A stretch of 64,000 nt of DNA from Andalucia godoyi And28 (GCA_009859145.1 VRVR01000016.1:177198-241197), one strand, 5' to 3'; positions 43,377-54,476 are shown, numbered from the stretch's first letter. Notes: generated from the letters alone by a model not told the origin. Numbers and translations are program-made.

Positions 43377-44390
43377 ATGCAGTCTTCCGCAGTGTCGATA
43401 TCTCCGTCGATCGACTCGTTAGTTTCAGCTGGGGACGATGCGCTGCGGGTGAAAGGGTTTGATCCCGCGTACATCCATTCCATACGTTATGCATCTTGGG
43501 GGCGGAAAAAGGGAGGGAAGGGGCTTGTCAAGGCGTTCAAGCGACGGTTTTTTGTCTTAATTGGTGCGGTCCGGATTGATTACCATGATACTGATCCAAA
43601 GGTTTCTCAGCTCGACACAAGGACAACGAAGCGTGGGACGATTGCGCTTGTTCCCCAATCTCTTGTACAGCTCGATGATGAGAGAGAAAACACAATTACT
43701 ATCACGCGGGCTCGACCAGAAATGGATCGGCAATACATTATTACATTTGATGATGAGAGTACGACAAAGAAGTGGATTCTCCTTCTTCGAAACAGGCTGT
43801 ACCACTGGGCACAAATCGCAATGGAATCGCCAACGTCGAATTTCAAACTAGAAAAGATCATGTCATTCAAGCATCCATCGATTATGGAGTTTCAGAGAAC
43901 AAAGGCAAATCGGGTGGAAGTCTACGTTATTGATTGTGGGCTTTCCGCCACATTGGTGATCGACAAGGTTCCTTATTCAATGTCGACGCACGAAAAGTAC
44001 GCAAATGCGGCGTTTGGAGCAGCTCGCGAAGCAGAGCCAGAATGGAGAAAACTCAAGGAGGAAATGCGCCTTGGAGGACTCAGGCAACTTCCATATTGCT
44101 CCATCCTGGCTTCATTTGACAAAGAGGTAGGAGATATCCGAGTATGCATTCGGTCGAGAACGGTGTGCCATGTCACCAAGCCCGTGGGAGACTTTTTCCG
44201 AAGGCAAAAGCAGGGAACCTCGCAAGACCTTGTTTACATGGGATACCAGCTATCGATGTCGTCTATTTTTGAAAGCCAAGAACAGTGGGATTTGTACGAA
44301 CTACTTTTTGATCAGATTCTGGGCTCCTTGTGTTGGTGCACAGACGACGAAGAGCTCAACGTTGTGCAAAACGCGACCTCCGACAGCTGA
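43377..44390 (+). CDS. PH-domain protein
   Basis: KGLVKAFKRRFFVL...KRGTIAL...YIITFDDESTTKKWILLL. Confidence 0.8.
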   Translation: MQSSAVSISPSIDSLVSAGDDALRVKGFDPAYIHSIRYASWGRKKGGKGLVKAFKRRFFVLIGAVRIDYHDTDPKVSQLDTRTTKRGTIALVPQSLVQLDDERENTITITRARPEMDRQYIITFDDESTTKKWILLLRNRLYHWAQIAMESPTSNFKLEKIMSFKHPSIMEFQRTKANRVEVYVIDCGLSATLVIDKVPYSMSTHEKYANAAFGAAREAEPEWRKLKEEMRLGGLRQLPYCSILASFDKEVGDIRVCIRSRTVCHVTKPVGDFFRRQKQGTSQDLVYMGYQLSMSSIFESQEQWDLYELLFDQILGSLCWCTDDEELNVVQNATSDS

Positions 44391-44691
44391 CATTCTTTTT
44401 CTTTCGGGACTCTTCTTCCGTCTCAGGGCATTTTGAAGTCTGAATATTTGATTTGTCTCACCCCGATCATTTCCCCCAGCATCTGTCTATTTGATTTCTG
44501 CTTACTTACTCTCTTTTGGGGAGAAGGGTTTTTCTTTTGTTTATATTGAATATGATTCCTGTTGCTGGAGGGGAAGGAGTTGCTGTTGTTATTGCTTTTT
44601 CTTTTTTTTTTTCCATTGCAGCTGAGCTCGCAGTTTGCGTGGGCACGCGCTTGTTTGCAGCGGTGTCGTGATATTGACGCACCAAAAAAAA

Positions 44692-45873
44692 TCATTCGTG
44701 TGCCTTCGCGCTAGTGCTAACCGAACCATACCCTGCACTGTTGCGTTTTTGCAAGTACTCTTGATACATTCTGTGAAGTTCCTCTTGCATTTGCTCCGTC
44801 AGACTCTGGAGAGATGCGGCATTTTCTGCTGACGCACTCTGCGGCTCTTCTGATTTTGGAAGCATCTGGTGACCCGGTGCTGTTGGTGGAATTGCAAGGG
44901 CTGGGGATCCTAGGATATCCTCCATGCTAAGCGCCTCTTTTGGTACATCGATTCCAGGCGGCAATATGCGGTGAAATTGCTGCAAAATGTACTTCTTTAA
45001 ACATTTCTCGCCTCTGCCTCTCTTGGATTTTTCTCGGAAACTCTCCTGCAGTCGTGTGCAAGGCATTCGAAGGAGTCTGCTTGCAACCAACAGCGAACAG
45101 GACGATAAAAGGAACCGAAAGGCTGGCTTGAGCGGCTCGCTGCTTTTGAGAATCTCACGAATCATATATCGGGCAACCATGGACACAGAAACTGTCACGG
45201 ACCGAAACCCGAATGCGCCTTTCATGATAACATGTTCATGAGCGGCCATGTCGAAGATATCAATGATCATTGTGAGCTCTGAGAACAAAGTCTTTTCTAC
45301 TTCGTTTTTGCTCTGGCTCACCACGGAATTGATGATATCGAACGCTTCGATCACTTGCATTCGGCACGAAGCAGCGGGTATGCAGTCCTCAACCTCGTTC
45401 CGCGAAAGTGGTTCGTATTCAGCGAACTTTGCCGCAACAAGAATGGACGCTGCGCAACACGAAGGAATGCTTGCCTCCCACACTTCTGCAGGAAACTTTT
45501 TCAAGCAGCAATGTTCCACAATCCACGTTGCCCTCTCCAGAATGCAGTCGTGGATGCCAATTGAGAGTCCAATTTGCCGTATCCACATAAAGCAATTGTC
45601 CATGTGGCTATCTGCATCCACGAAGTTAGATCCAACGGCCCGCTCTGTCATTCTGCTCTTTTTCCACTCCCGATACTGCGCAAACTGCGGCGGCCTTGTT
45701 AAAGGCGACAGATCGACGTACACTATGTATTCTGGGTCCAACATTGTGTGTGCAACCTGGAACTGCGTGCCGCCGATTGGATCATCTGGAATCTGCTTGG
45801 TTGATCGGTGTTTTTTTTTAACATTATTAGAACAACGGCAACAAACACTGTATCGATGATGACACATGAATGA

Positions 45874-45926
<53 letters not shown>

Positions 45927-46254
45927 CATGTATTCGATACTGACGTACATACTAGATTGCCAAGCCCAGCGTGATGCAGTCTCGGGGCCGGAAGAAGAAT
46001 GCTCCGCGGATGTTCTCGATGCACAAGAGACGCAACGGGGTGAATCACTCTTTCGGCTAAGATTCTGGAACAGGCTGCACATCGAATCAGCAACGTTTCT
46101 CGACTGATACCGCACGAAAAGTTAGCACAGATCACCCCATGATCACGTGGCTAATTAGGAAAACAGGAAAAAAAATAGAGAATAAGAAAAATTCACAGTG
46201 TACGTACTCGTCTTCCAAATCATGACTGCCACAATGCGGACACTTGACAAGCAT
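44692..46254 (-). CDS. TFIIB-related factor (Zn ribbon + cyclin-fold repeats), complement(join(44692..45792,45953..46103,46208..46254))
   Basis: Splicing at GTACGT..CTAAC..CAG (46104-46207) and GTATGT..CAG (45793-45952) gives MLVKCPHCGSHDLEDDRETLLIRCAACSRILAER in frame with the 391-aa ORF. That ORF has two cyclin-box-like repeats (CCAASILVAAK; LLSSCSLLVASRL). Confidence 0.78.
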
Positions 46255-46933
46255 GCTATCCCCACTCTGTTTTCTACGCTGGCAGAAGAAAAAAAAAGCA
46301 CAAAAACGAAATGAGAAAGAAAATCGACTCGATCAATCAAACATTAGCAGTGCGTCACAAAATCCCACAGCCCTGATGTCATAAGCCGGTGAACGTACAA
46401 TTTCGTACGTCGGAAGTTGGAAACGTGCGGATGATTCTGAAACGTCTGTAAAATAATAATTATTATTAACAATACACGTCAGTGACGGGCAAAAAATCTG
46501 CATCAAGTGAAGCAAGCGGACAAGAAACAGAAAAACCAATCAAAAAGCCAAAGAAAAAAAAAAGATTTGAAAACTGGTAATGCTATAACGGACGTTTCCT
46601 GAAAAATTAAAAATTAACACAATCAATAACAAAACAAAAACAAAAACAAAAAAACCGAGAAAAAAGGTGCTCTGATTAGTTGGTATACGTTCTCTCATCC
46701 ACTCGTTCATCTCATGTCGCATTGGTTTATCTCGTAAGCAGAGCCTCGCCCAGAAGAAGCAAGAAGAAGCAAGAAGCAGCATTTGGTTCGGATTCACCAT
46801 CTAGCTTGGGAAAAATCAGTCTAAGAAAAAACAAGACATATATATATTATTGTTGTGTTTTTTTGTTGTTGTTTTTTCACTCTTCTTGCCTTTTTGCTTC
46901 TCTTCGTTCTTTTTCTTCCATTTCTTCTTTCAA

Positions 46934-49342
46934 ATGAGTTTTCAAAGCTCGTCCTGTATATCCAAGAAGCCTCCGTCTGCCAATTCTGGCTTGTATGGAG
47001 CCGCACCAAGCGCGTCTGCAAGCCGGGCGTACAGTAGTGGTAGTAGCAGGAGTAGTACCTACTTGCAACGATCTTCTGGACTGTCGTACAACAGCGCGAC
47101 GCTTCACAAACCGACTCTACCGCAACAGCAGCAGTCGTTTTCTTCCAGCTCGGCAATGGGGAATATAAGGTCGTCGCTTGCGGCGTCGAGATTGGCAAGT
47201 CCTTCTCCGACGGTTTCCAGAAGTTCCCCGTATACACTAGCTTCGAAGCCAGGGCTTTCTGAGCCTTTGGTGCCAGGCAAACCTAGGTCAAATTCCACGT
47301 TCACAGGGATCTCTGCGAGTAGTGGTAACAGTAGCAGTAGTAATGTCGGAGGTGCGGGTGGGTCGGATCAGGCAGTGACGACGTTTTCCACTTCGAGAAA
47401 TGCAGTTGCGTCGCCTGTTGGTCCAAGAACAACAAGATCCAGCACGCACCCATCGAATCCGCTTACTTCAACGTTTGGGGCGATGATGAGGAGATCGTCG
47501 TCAGAAGTGTCGAATCCTGCAACTGCGACTGCTGCTTCCGTGTCCTCTCCGAATCCAAGGACATCGACCGCTGCGTTGGACCAAATGGTGGAAAAGCTTG
47601 AATTGCAGAGACGTGCGATTGCAGAGCAAACGAGAATGATCCAGAACACGAACTGGGGCTCTGCGTCAAGCCCGCTTTCCTTGAATTCCACCAGTATTCT
47701 CCATAACAGTAGCCACAACAGCAGCAACATTAACATTAACAACAACGATGATGATGGATTTTCTGCCGGGATCTCTGGGGCTGTACGGCTGCAGAACGGT
47801 TCGGCAACCTCAGATTTGCTTGCACCTGGTCTGAATCAGAAAGGTTTGATTCCATCTCCGGGGGCCGCACATTTCCATCAACCCGTAATTATGAATCCGA
47901 GCCATTCTTCTGGAAGAATGTCCATGCATTTTGGACCTGCTCTCCCATCCTCCCCAAGTCCATTTTCCTTGACTCCTGCGACAACCGGCCCGGGCAACAA
48001 TAGCAATGGCAATGGTAATAACAATCATATGAACCACGGTCATTCACCAAGTCTGCACACCGCAAATAGCGGACTGCAAAATCCGCGGACTGCATCGCCC
48101 CAATTGACGGGTAGCCCGCCTATGGACCATCTCGGCAGACTGTCTCCATTGCAGCAATACAACGGTCGATTGTCGCCTATCTCTCCGTCCTTCCACAATT
48201 CCAATTCGCCACCATCTTCTTCCTCTCCATCCTCAGTCCATTCGACGTCACCCGTTGCAGCATCTGGCACTGGAGACGGAATTAGTCCGAGGAAGCCAAC
48301 GTCTGTTGCACTTGCTGGGTTCCGCAATTTGGGCAACACTTGCTTTATGAATTCGGCACTGCAGTGTCTGGTGAGTACGTCGTCGTTTACAAAGTATTTT
48401 CTCGCGCGCGAGTATCGTCACGATCTCAACAATACTCGGGGAATGAAGGGTTCGCTTGCTGTAGAATATGGCGAACTGATTGCAGAAATGGGGCGAGTTC
48501 AGAATCGTGGGTGCGTTTCACCTTCTGCGTTTCGATCTTTGTTTGTTCGGTGGGCACCGCGGTTTCAAGGCTACGCGCAGCAGGACGCACAAGAATTTCT
48601 GAGGGCTGCTCTGGATGGGCTGCATGAAGATCTGAATCGAACGCGAGTACAGCCTGCGTATGAGGAACTGAAGGACATGGATGGAGAGTCTGCTTTTGAC
48701 CAGTCTGAGCGTTGGTGGAATCATTTTCGAGCTCGAAATAATTCGGTCGTCCTCGATACGTTTGGCGGGCAGCTCAAAAGCACAGTGAAATGCACAAAGT
48801 GCAAAACAAAATCGGTTGCATTTGATCCGTTCTTGGATTTTTCTGTTCCGATTCCGAAAAAGTACACGACGAAGAACTCCTGCAGCATCGATGATTGTTT
48901 AAAGGAATTTTTCGGGGTAGAAGATCTCGGTGGCAACGACAAGGTGTTCTGCAAGAAATGCCAGAAACCTCGCGAAATGGAAAAGCAACTGGCGCTCTTT
49001 CGTCATCCAAAGATCTTGGTGTTGCACATCAAGCGTTTCTCACAGTCTGGGTTCACGTACTCGAAGATTAACACAGATGTTTCATTTCCGATGTCGGAGT
49101 TTGACTTGTCGCGGCACCTGGACCCAGATGCGAAGAAACTCTGTCAAGAACTCGGAAAGCCGGTCTACCGATTGTTCGCAGTTGTCAATCATTTTGGCAC
49201 GGCATCTGGCGGTCATTACACCGCGTACGGCTTGCGGAACAATCAGTGGAATCTGTTCGACGACAGCTCTGTTTCGGATGCATCTCCACAGCAAGTGAAG
49301 GGCCCGGCAGCCTACATTCTGTTCTATGAGCAGACGCCCTAA
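46934..49342 (+). CDS. Ubiquitin-specific protease (USP2/USP8-like) with a long Ser-rich N-terminus
   Basis: GFRNLGNTCFMNSALQCL, QQDAQEFL, C..C Zn fingers, VVNHFG...GGHYTAY, AYILFYE. Confidence 0.95.
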   Translation: MSFQSSSCISKKPPSANSGLYGAAPSASASRAYSSGSSRSSTYLQRSSGLSYNSATLHKPTLPQQQQSFSSSSAMGNIRSSLAASRLASPSPTVSRSSPYTLASKPGLSEPLVPGKPRSNSTFTGISASSGNSSSSNVGGAGGSDQAVTTFSTSRNAVASPVGPRTTRSSTHPSNPLTSTFGAMMRRSSSEVSNPATATAASVSSPNPRTSTAALDQMVEKLELQRRAIAEQTRMIQNTNWGSASSPLSLNSTSILHNSSHNSSNININNNDDDGFSAGISGAVRLQNGSATSDLLAPGLNQKGLIPSPGAAHFHQPVIMNPSHSSGRMSMHFGPALPSSPSPFSLTPATTGPGNNSNGNGNNNHMNHGHSPSLHTANSGLQNPRTASPQLTGSPPMDHLGRLSPLQQYNGRLSPISPSFHNSNSPPSSSSPSSVHSTSPVAASGTGDGISPRKPTSVALAGFRNLGNTCFMNSALQCLVSTSSFTKYFLAREYRHDLNNTRGMKGSLAVEYGELIAEMGRVQNRGCVSPSAFRSLFVRWAPRFQGYAQQDAQEFLRAALDGLHEDLNRTRVQPAYEELKDMDGESAFDQSERWWNHFRARNNSVVLDTFGGQLKSTVKCTKCKTKSVAFDPFLDFSVPIPKKYTTKNSCSIDDCLKEFFGVEDLGGNDKVFCKKCQKPREMEKQLALFRHPKILVLHIKRFSQSGFTYSKINTDVSFPMSEFDLSRHLDPDAKKLCQELGKPVYRLFAVVNHFGTASGGHYTAYGLRNNQWNLFDDSSVSDASPQQVKGPAAYILFYEQTP

Positions 49343-49623
49343 ATTATATATAGTATACATTAATAAAAGAAGAGCGTTTTTGTTTCTTCGTTCACGACGC
49401 CTTCTGCTTAGAGAGCCGATGCTCTTTTTCGAATATTTTTCCCCCCACCGTTGGGTTCATTCATTCATTCTTGTTTAAAGTACATCTCAAACAGGGCTTT
49501 ACTTCATCTATAAACTTTTGGTCTCAACCTGAAGCGGGAGTAACCATTTTGCAACAACTAGATCAAGTTTCTTGACCACAACTCTCGAGGTACTTTTTGT
49601 AAGCGAAAAGTGAAGGGGAGGCT

Positions 49624-50403
49624 TTAGTGGTGCAAGAGGACGTTTCGGTCCAAGCTGAGAAGATACGTTCCCTTGTTGATCATACGAGATGCAGCCACGA
49701 CCATCGAGAGCCAGATGACGGAGGAGAATGCCGTGAGTGCAATCCAGGCTGCAAGGCCGTTGTAGTCCCAGTCCCCGTTGCCAAGCTCGACCAAGTGATT
49801 CCACATGAACAATATCATCGAGGCGAACATGCATGTGATTCCGAGGAACCAGGAGAACTTGAGCATTCGGAGCGCACCACGGTTCTCGATGAGCACCGTC
49901 AGAAGAGCGCGGCGGAGAGAGTCTGCGCCGTCCATAAATTCGACCGAGCGGAACCGCAGCAAACCGTCAAACTGCGCCTTGACATACAGTGAGAGCACGG
50001 TGGCCAATGCGAACAGCGAGAACGCTGCAGTTTGAAGAGTCTGTTCGGAAATATTGACTTTGCTGTCCGCGCGGTCCTGGAATCGCATCGTCAGGAACAT
50101 GAATCCAGTCCATAAGGCACTGATGAGGGGGAGCTGCTTGAGGAAAGTGGGCATCATCATCAGCCACACCGGCAGAATATGGTAGGACAACATGCCATTG
50201 GGAAGCTCGCTACGGATCAACAATGAACGAGGATAGGACAAACTCTCGGGCTTCGGCGGACGAGTCGACACCGAGTCCGTGCGGGCCCAGTCTTTGCGGA
50301 CGCGACCCAACAGGACAGAGTCGTCGGCGTACGGGAAACGCTTCTTGTTCAGTCCCTCGTAGACATGAACATAATCGGGACGTGCAGCGCGGCCTTGCTC
50401 CAT
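49624..50403 (-). CDS. Four-TM membrane protein, possibly Orai-like fold
   Basis: Four hydrophobic segments. SALWTGFM resembles Orai TM1 SALLSGFAM, and FSWFLGITCMFASMILFMW resembles Orai TM3. The family call is weak. Confidence 0.6.
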   Translation of the reverse strand: MEQGRAARPDYVHVYEGLNKKRFPYADDSVLLGRVRKDWARTDSVSTRPPKPESLSYPRSLLIRSELPNGMLSYHILPVWLMMMPTFLKQLPLISALWTGFMFLTMRFQDRADSKVNISEQTLQTAAFSLFALATVLSLYVKAQFDGLLRFRSVEFMDGADSLRRALLTVLIENRGALRMLKFSWFLGITCMFASMILFMWNHLVELGNGDWDYNGLAAWIALTAFSSVIWLSMVVAASRMINKGTYLLSLDRNVLLHH

Positions 50404-51073
50404 TTGGTATATCTCTTCTTTTCCTTTCCTGGATCACTTACTTTCGGTGTCTTGAGTGAAGTTTGCTGTGGAAGATGGAGGGAAAAAAGGATGGAAGAAG
50501 AAACGGTTGTGGGCATAACGCCTCTTCACGGCATATTTATACTTGTTGTTGTCAAGTGTGAGGCGATCGCACGGAAAGTGAAACGGCAAGGGACGCCCAC
50601 CTTCCCATCACTCTGTACATGCTTCTTGCAGCTCAGTCGATGCACTAGAACCTTCGAGAAGCCAGTAGTGACGAGAATCACTGCTTCAACTTGACCAAAG
50701 TGAGCATAGTTCCCTAATGCGTAAGAAATGCAAAGTGCATTTTTCCGTCCCGTATTCATGCGTGCACAAGCCATGCCAACGGCACAACGACACGCCCTTT
50801 CCCCTCCCGTGTTTCCAAGCTTCTCCCTGAGCCGCCGCGAATGCGTCGAATGTGCGTTCTCTGAATATGCTTCGACTGAGAATCCTGCCTACCGTACACT
50901 GAATATTCCCCGACACTGAACAATGAAATCCTTTCTCTCTCGCAAACTGAAAGGAGCGGCATCATTCGCGTCAACGCCATCAGAAACCTCCGCCACCAAC
51001 GGGAATAGATTGCATCCAAGACACTCTGGCCAATTGACACTCTGACAAACAGAGCCACGTGGACACTGACGGG

Positions 51074-52936
51074 ATGAAGGGCGTGTGGATCGTGATTGTG
51101 TTGTTGGCGCTTGGGGTGCATTCGCGTGCTGTGGACGGCGGGCGGCCAGCGTCGAGCGGCCCAACGGTGGAGGTGAATGCAACGGTGCTCGCGCGGTCTG
51201 GAAGTCCTCTGTTGGTTTCGTGGACCATGATTCCCAATCCAGATGTGAACGACATGCTTGTGCTCTTCAGCCCTCCCGAATCCACTTCTCCAGTCTTTGC
51301 ATACCGCGCCTCCGAGTCGCCCGAGTGGTCCGCGGGGAATGGATCGGTCGTTCTGCGCATGACCAACTTGCATGCTCCTTTTCTCTTTCAATACATCCGC
51401 TCCTCCTCCTCTGCTTCCTCTGCTTCCTCTGCTTCCTCTGCTTCCTATTCGATTGATGATGAAGATGGCCAAGATGAATTTTTGAAAAGGATGGCGACGA
51501 TGGCGACGGTGAAGGTTGTGGCTGAGTCTCCCGTTGTGTCGTGGGCATGTCCAAACGAGCCGCTTGGAATCCACTTGCAACTCGCATCGTCCTTTGGGCC
51601 TGCGACGAGTGGCAACGAGGAGAAAGGGGGTGAGGTGTCTGGAATGGTGGTGCAGTGGACGACTCTGGATGAGGGCGTCAAGTGCAAGGTGCGCTACGGG
51701 TTCGCTCCGGGATCATATGCATTCCAGCAACTGCCGTTCAGCGCCGTCACGTTCGACCGCAGTGCTATGGCCGGTCCTCCCGCGACGACTGCCGACGGAT
51801 GGCGGCCTCCAGGTGTTTTCTACTCGGCTCTCCTCTCCTCCGGCATCCCTCCCTCCACCACAGTCTACTATCAAATCCAGTGCACGTCCACGTCCACCGC
51901 TTCTGATGACTCTTCTGCTACTCATCATGTTGGGCTGAATGGGGAAGACCAAGAGGAGTGCATGTCGAGTTTGGAGCAGCGATTCAAGAGCGCACCAGCA
52001 CAGAATGATCCGAATGCCAGTGTCCGCATTGGATTCTACGGCGATCTTGGTGTCCACGGTGGATTTCCACATTCTTACCCTGAGGCTCGCACTACCGCCT
52101 ACTGGGCCACTCGCGACGTCAACTCTGAAGATGGATGGGGAACAGACCTGCAGCTGCACATTGGCGACATTTCGTACGCACGCGGCTATGCATACATATG
52201 GCGGCTGTTCATGGATGCTATGGCTCCTGTAGCAGCACGCGTACCCTACATGACAAGCGCTGGAAACCACGAGATACTGTATCCAGGCCACAACTGGATC
52301 CCCGACCCGTTCTTCAACACGTCGTACAACGACGATTCGGGCGGCGAGGTTGGGGTTGCATACGCTGCACACTTCGGCTTTTCTCCTTTTTCCAGTCGGC
52401 AATTCTGGTACTCGTTTGAGTATGGTCCCGTGCACATCACGGTCGCATCCGCGGAACACGACTTTCTTCCCGGTTCGCCCCAACACGACTTCCTCACTGC
52501 AGATCTCCTGACGCAGATCGACCGTCGTCGCACACCATGGGTTTTCTTCGCGATCCACAGACCGCTCTACACAGCCGCCCTGGTTCCCTCCGAGTACGCG
52601 CTCATGGACCATCTGCGGTCGTCGCTCGAGCCGCTTCTCATCGACGCCCACGTGGACCTTGTTCTCTCGGGACACGTCCACGCCTATGAAGCATCATGCC
52701 CGCTCGTCCAGGGGACGTGCAATGAAAGCGGACCGGTGTACGTGGTCGCCGGTGCGGCTGGGGAGAACTTTCAGGTCCCATGGCGGTGGGACGACATGCC
52801 CGAGTGGTCGCGCATCCGATCGTACGATTTTGGCCGCGCTCACATCACTGTGCACAATGCATCTGCGCTCCAGTTCCAGTTCCTGCTGAATTCGGACAAT
52901 TCTGTCCTCGACGAATTCTGGATCTTCCATTCCTAA
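51074..52936 (+). CDS. Purple acid phosphatase (metallophosphoesterase), secreted
   Basis: Signal peptide MKGVWIVIVLLAL; metal motifs GDLG, GDISY, GNHE, HRPLY, GHVHAYE. Confidence 0.95.
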   Translation: MKGVWIVIVLLALGVHSRAVDGGRPASSGPTVEVNATVLARSGSPLLVSWTMIPNPDVNDMLVLFSPPESTSPVFAYRASESPEWSAGNGSVVLRMTNLHAPFLFQYIRSSSSASSASSASSASYSIDDEDGQDEFLKRMATMATVKVVAESPVVSWACPNEPLGIHLQLASSFGPATSGNEEKGGEVSGMVVQWTTLDEGVKCKVRYGFAPGSYAFQQLPFSAVTFDRSAMAGPPATTADGWRPPGVFYSALLSSGIPPSTTVYYQIQCTSTSTASDDSSATHHVGLNGEDQEECMSSLEQRFKSAPAQNDPNASVRIGFYGDLGVHGGFPHSYPEARTTAYWATRDVNSEDGWGTDLQLHIGDISYARGYAYIWRLFMDAMAPVAARVPYMTSAGNHEILYPGHNWIPDPFFNTSYNDDSGGEVGVAYAAHFGFSPFSSRQFWYSFEYGPVHITVASAEHDFLPGSPQHDFLTADLLTQIDRRRTPWVFFAIHRPLYTAALVPSEYALMDHLRSSLEPLLIDAHVDLVLSGHVHAYEASCPLVQGTCNESGPVYVVAGAAGENFQVPWRWDDMPEWSRIRSYDFGRAHITVHNASALQFQFLLNSDNSVLDEFWIFHS

Positions 52937-53158
52937 ACCTCTCCAAACATTTGGCTCACATGTGCTGCGCCGCAGACACTTTTTTTTTGGCATAAAGTGA
53001 CTTTTACAATCCGCATCAGCGCCCATCATCGGTTATAGGAATGCGGCTCTCAATATTCGACAGCGTCTCATTGGGCCTCGACCTGCACACCTTCAGCCAT
53101 ACTATCCGATGATATATCACAGCCGCCCAACCAGACGTTTTTGGGGTTGGAGGGTTAT
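52934..53158 (+). mobile_element. MITE-like dispersed repeat with a Fanzor1-like C-terminal remnant (family 2, copy 2)
   Basis: Homologous to 27172-27470. 53037-53093 encodes RNAALNIRQRLIGPRPAHL. Imperfect terminal inverted repeats: taaacctctccaaacatttgg versus ccagacgtttttggggttggagggtta. Confidence 0.75.
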
Positions 53159-53267
53159 ACTTACATACTGCCGCATGTAGTTGGTTATTGTTCAATTCTT
53201 GGACATTTACTCCCGCCGATAAAAAAAACTACTACAACCACTGCTACAACTACTACTGCTATCACTA

Positions 53268-54476
53268 CTACTGGAGGGTGGCGTACTGGCCGACGCGGAG
53301 GAGACGATTGACGAACGGGATGAGTTCGCGATAGACAAACATTCCAAAGAGGAAGACTGCGAAGCCAGCAAGTTGGAGCCAGGAAAAGACGGTCCATTTC
53401 TCACCATACTCCGGGGCCCCTGAATAGAAGATGATGATCGAGACGACCCAAACGAGAATGACACGGGTGGCATCGATGAGGCAGCGGTAGAGCGCATTGA
53501 GGTATTCGGTGATGAGGAGAGCGAATCCGTTGAGGCCCGAGATGAGGAGTGGGTAGATGATCATGTTGAGGACAAGAAGCGGCGCTGAGTTTCCAAGCAT
53601 GACAAGCGTGTCCTCTGTATTCTCTGCTTTCCCACCAACGTCTTCTCCTGGGATATTCTGCAAGATCGGAAGAACAAGGAAAGACATGAGCACCGTTCCG
53701 TAAAGCCCTTCCCAGCCTACAATCGCGAGTGGATCCACATTGTTCCGCTCAATGAGCCGCTCTTGGATTGAAAATTGCAGGCCATTGCACGCTTGGCCGC
53801 AAATGACTAGCAAAAATCCTATCAGCAACATCTTTGTATCGCCGCTCGACCCCCCAGATGCAAGTACTGCAGAGACTCCCACCATGGCAAGCCCGAGAAA
53901 CACAATAGCGATTCCTGCCTTTTTCGCTCGCGATACCCGCTGGCCGAGCACAAAATAGTTGAAAATCGCGGTAAACAGGATCACCGACCCGCGCAGAATC
54001 TGGTACACCGAAGCCGGAATAAACAGCAGTCCAATCGACGCAAGTGTCGTTCCCGCCAGATCGCACGTCGCTGTCCCCATCAGGACAAAAAGATGCCAGG
54101 TCGGAGGACTCGGCTTCTTCACAGGCGACGCGTGCTCCCATGTGTCCGAGAGCAACTTTCCCTTTTCAGATTGCTGCTGTCCGTGAGATGCAGTCGCAGG
54201 GTGTCGTCGCATGTAGTACAGCTTGCCCAAGAACAGCGGGAGAACCAGCAGCTCGCCCAAAAACATCTCAAGCGTCCCGAACCACGGCTTCGCAAACGCG
54301 TGTTCGTCGTCATGCAGTCCTCGAGCCTCCATGAGAAACGTAATCTTTCGCAGAATCGTCGCCGCCGTCCCGCTCATCAACATACCTATAATCAGAAACG
54401 CGCCATACCCCCAGGACTTTTTCGCCACCAACTCTGGATTCACCGTCATTTTTGTTTCCTCGCTGTTTTGTTTCAC
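53268..54476 (-). CDS. SLC35F/EamA-type drug/metabolite transporter
   Basis: About 10 TM helices; KPWFGTLEMFLGE, CDLAGTTL, SVYQILRGSVILFTAI, VGWEGLYG. Confidence 0.88.
   Translation of the reverse strand: MKQNSEETKMTVNPELVAKKSWGYGAFLIIGMLMSGTAATILRKITFLMEARGLHDDEHAFAKPWFGTLEMFLGELLVLPLFLGKLYYMRRHPATASHGQQQSEKGKLLSDTWEHASPVKKPSPPTWHLFVLMGTATCDLAGTTLASIGLLFIPASVYQILRGSVILFTAIFNYFVLGQRVSRAKKAGIAIVFLGLAMVGVSAVLASGGSSGDTKMLLIGFLLVICGQACNGLQFSIQERLIERNNVDPLAIVGWEGLYGTVLMSFLVLPILQNIPGEDVGGKAENTEDTLVMLGNSAPLLVLNMIIYPLLISGLNGFALLITEYLNALYRCLIDATRVILVWVVSIIIFYSGAPEYGEKWTVFSWLQLAGFAVFLFGMFVYRELIPFVNRLLRVGQYATLQ

Noticed and set aside
50526-50774. Small intergenic ORF as a possible element fragment
   Set aside because: No recognisable motif in any frame and no repeat partner in the window.
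53157-53170. ATACTTAC resembling the U1 snRNA 5' end
   Set aside because: The following sequence does not resemble U1 (no stem-loop I or Sm site). It is flank next to the family-2 right end.
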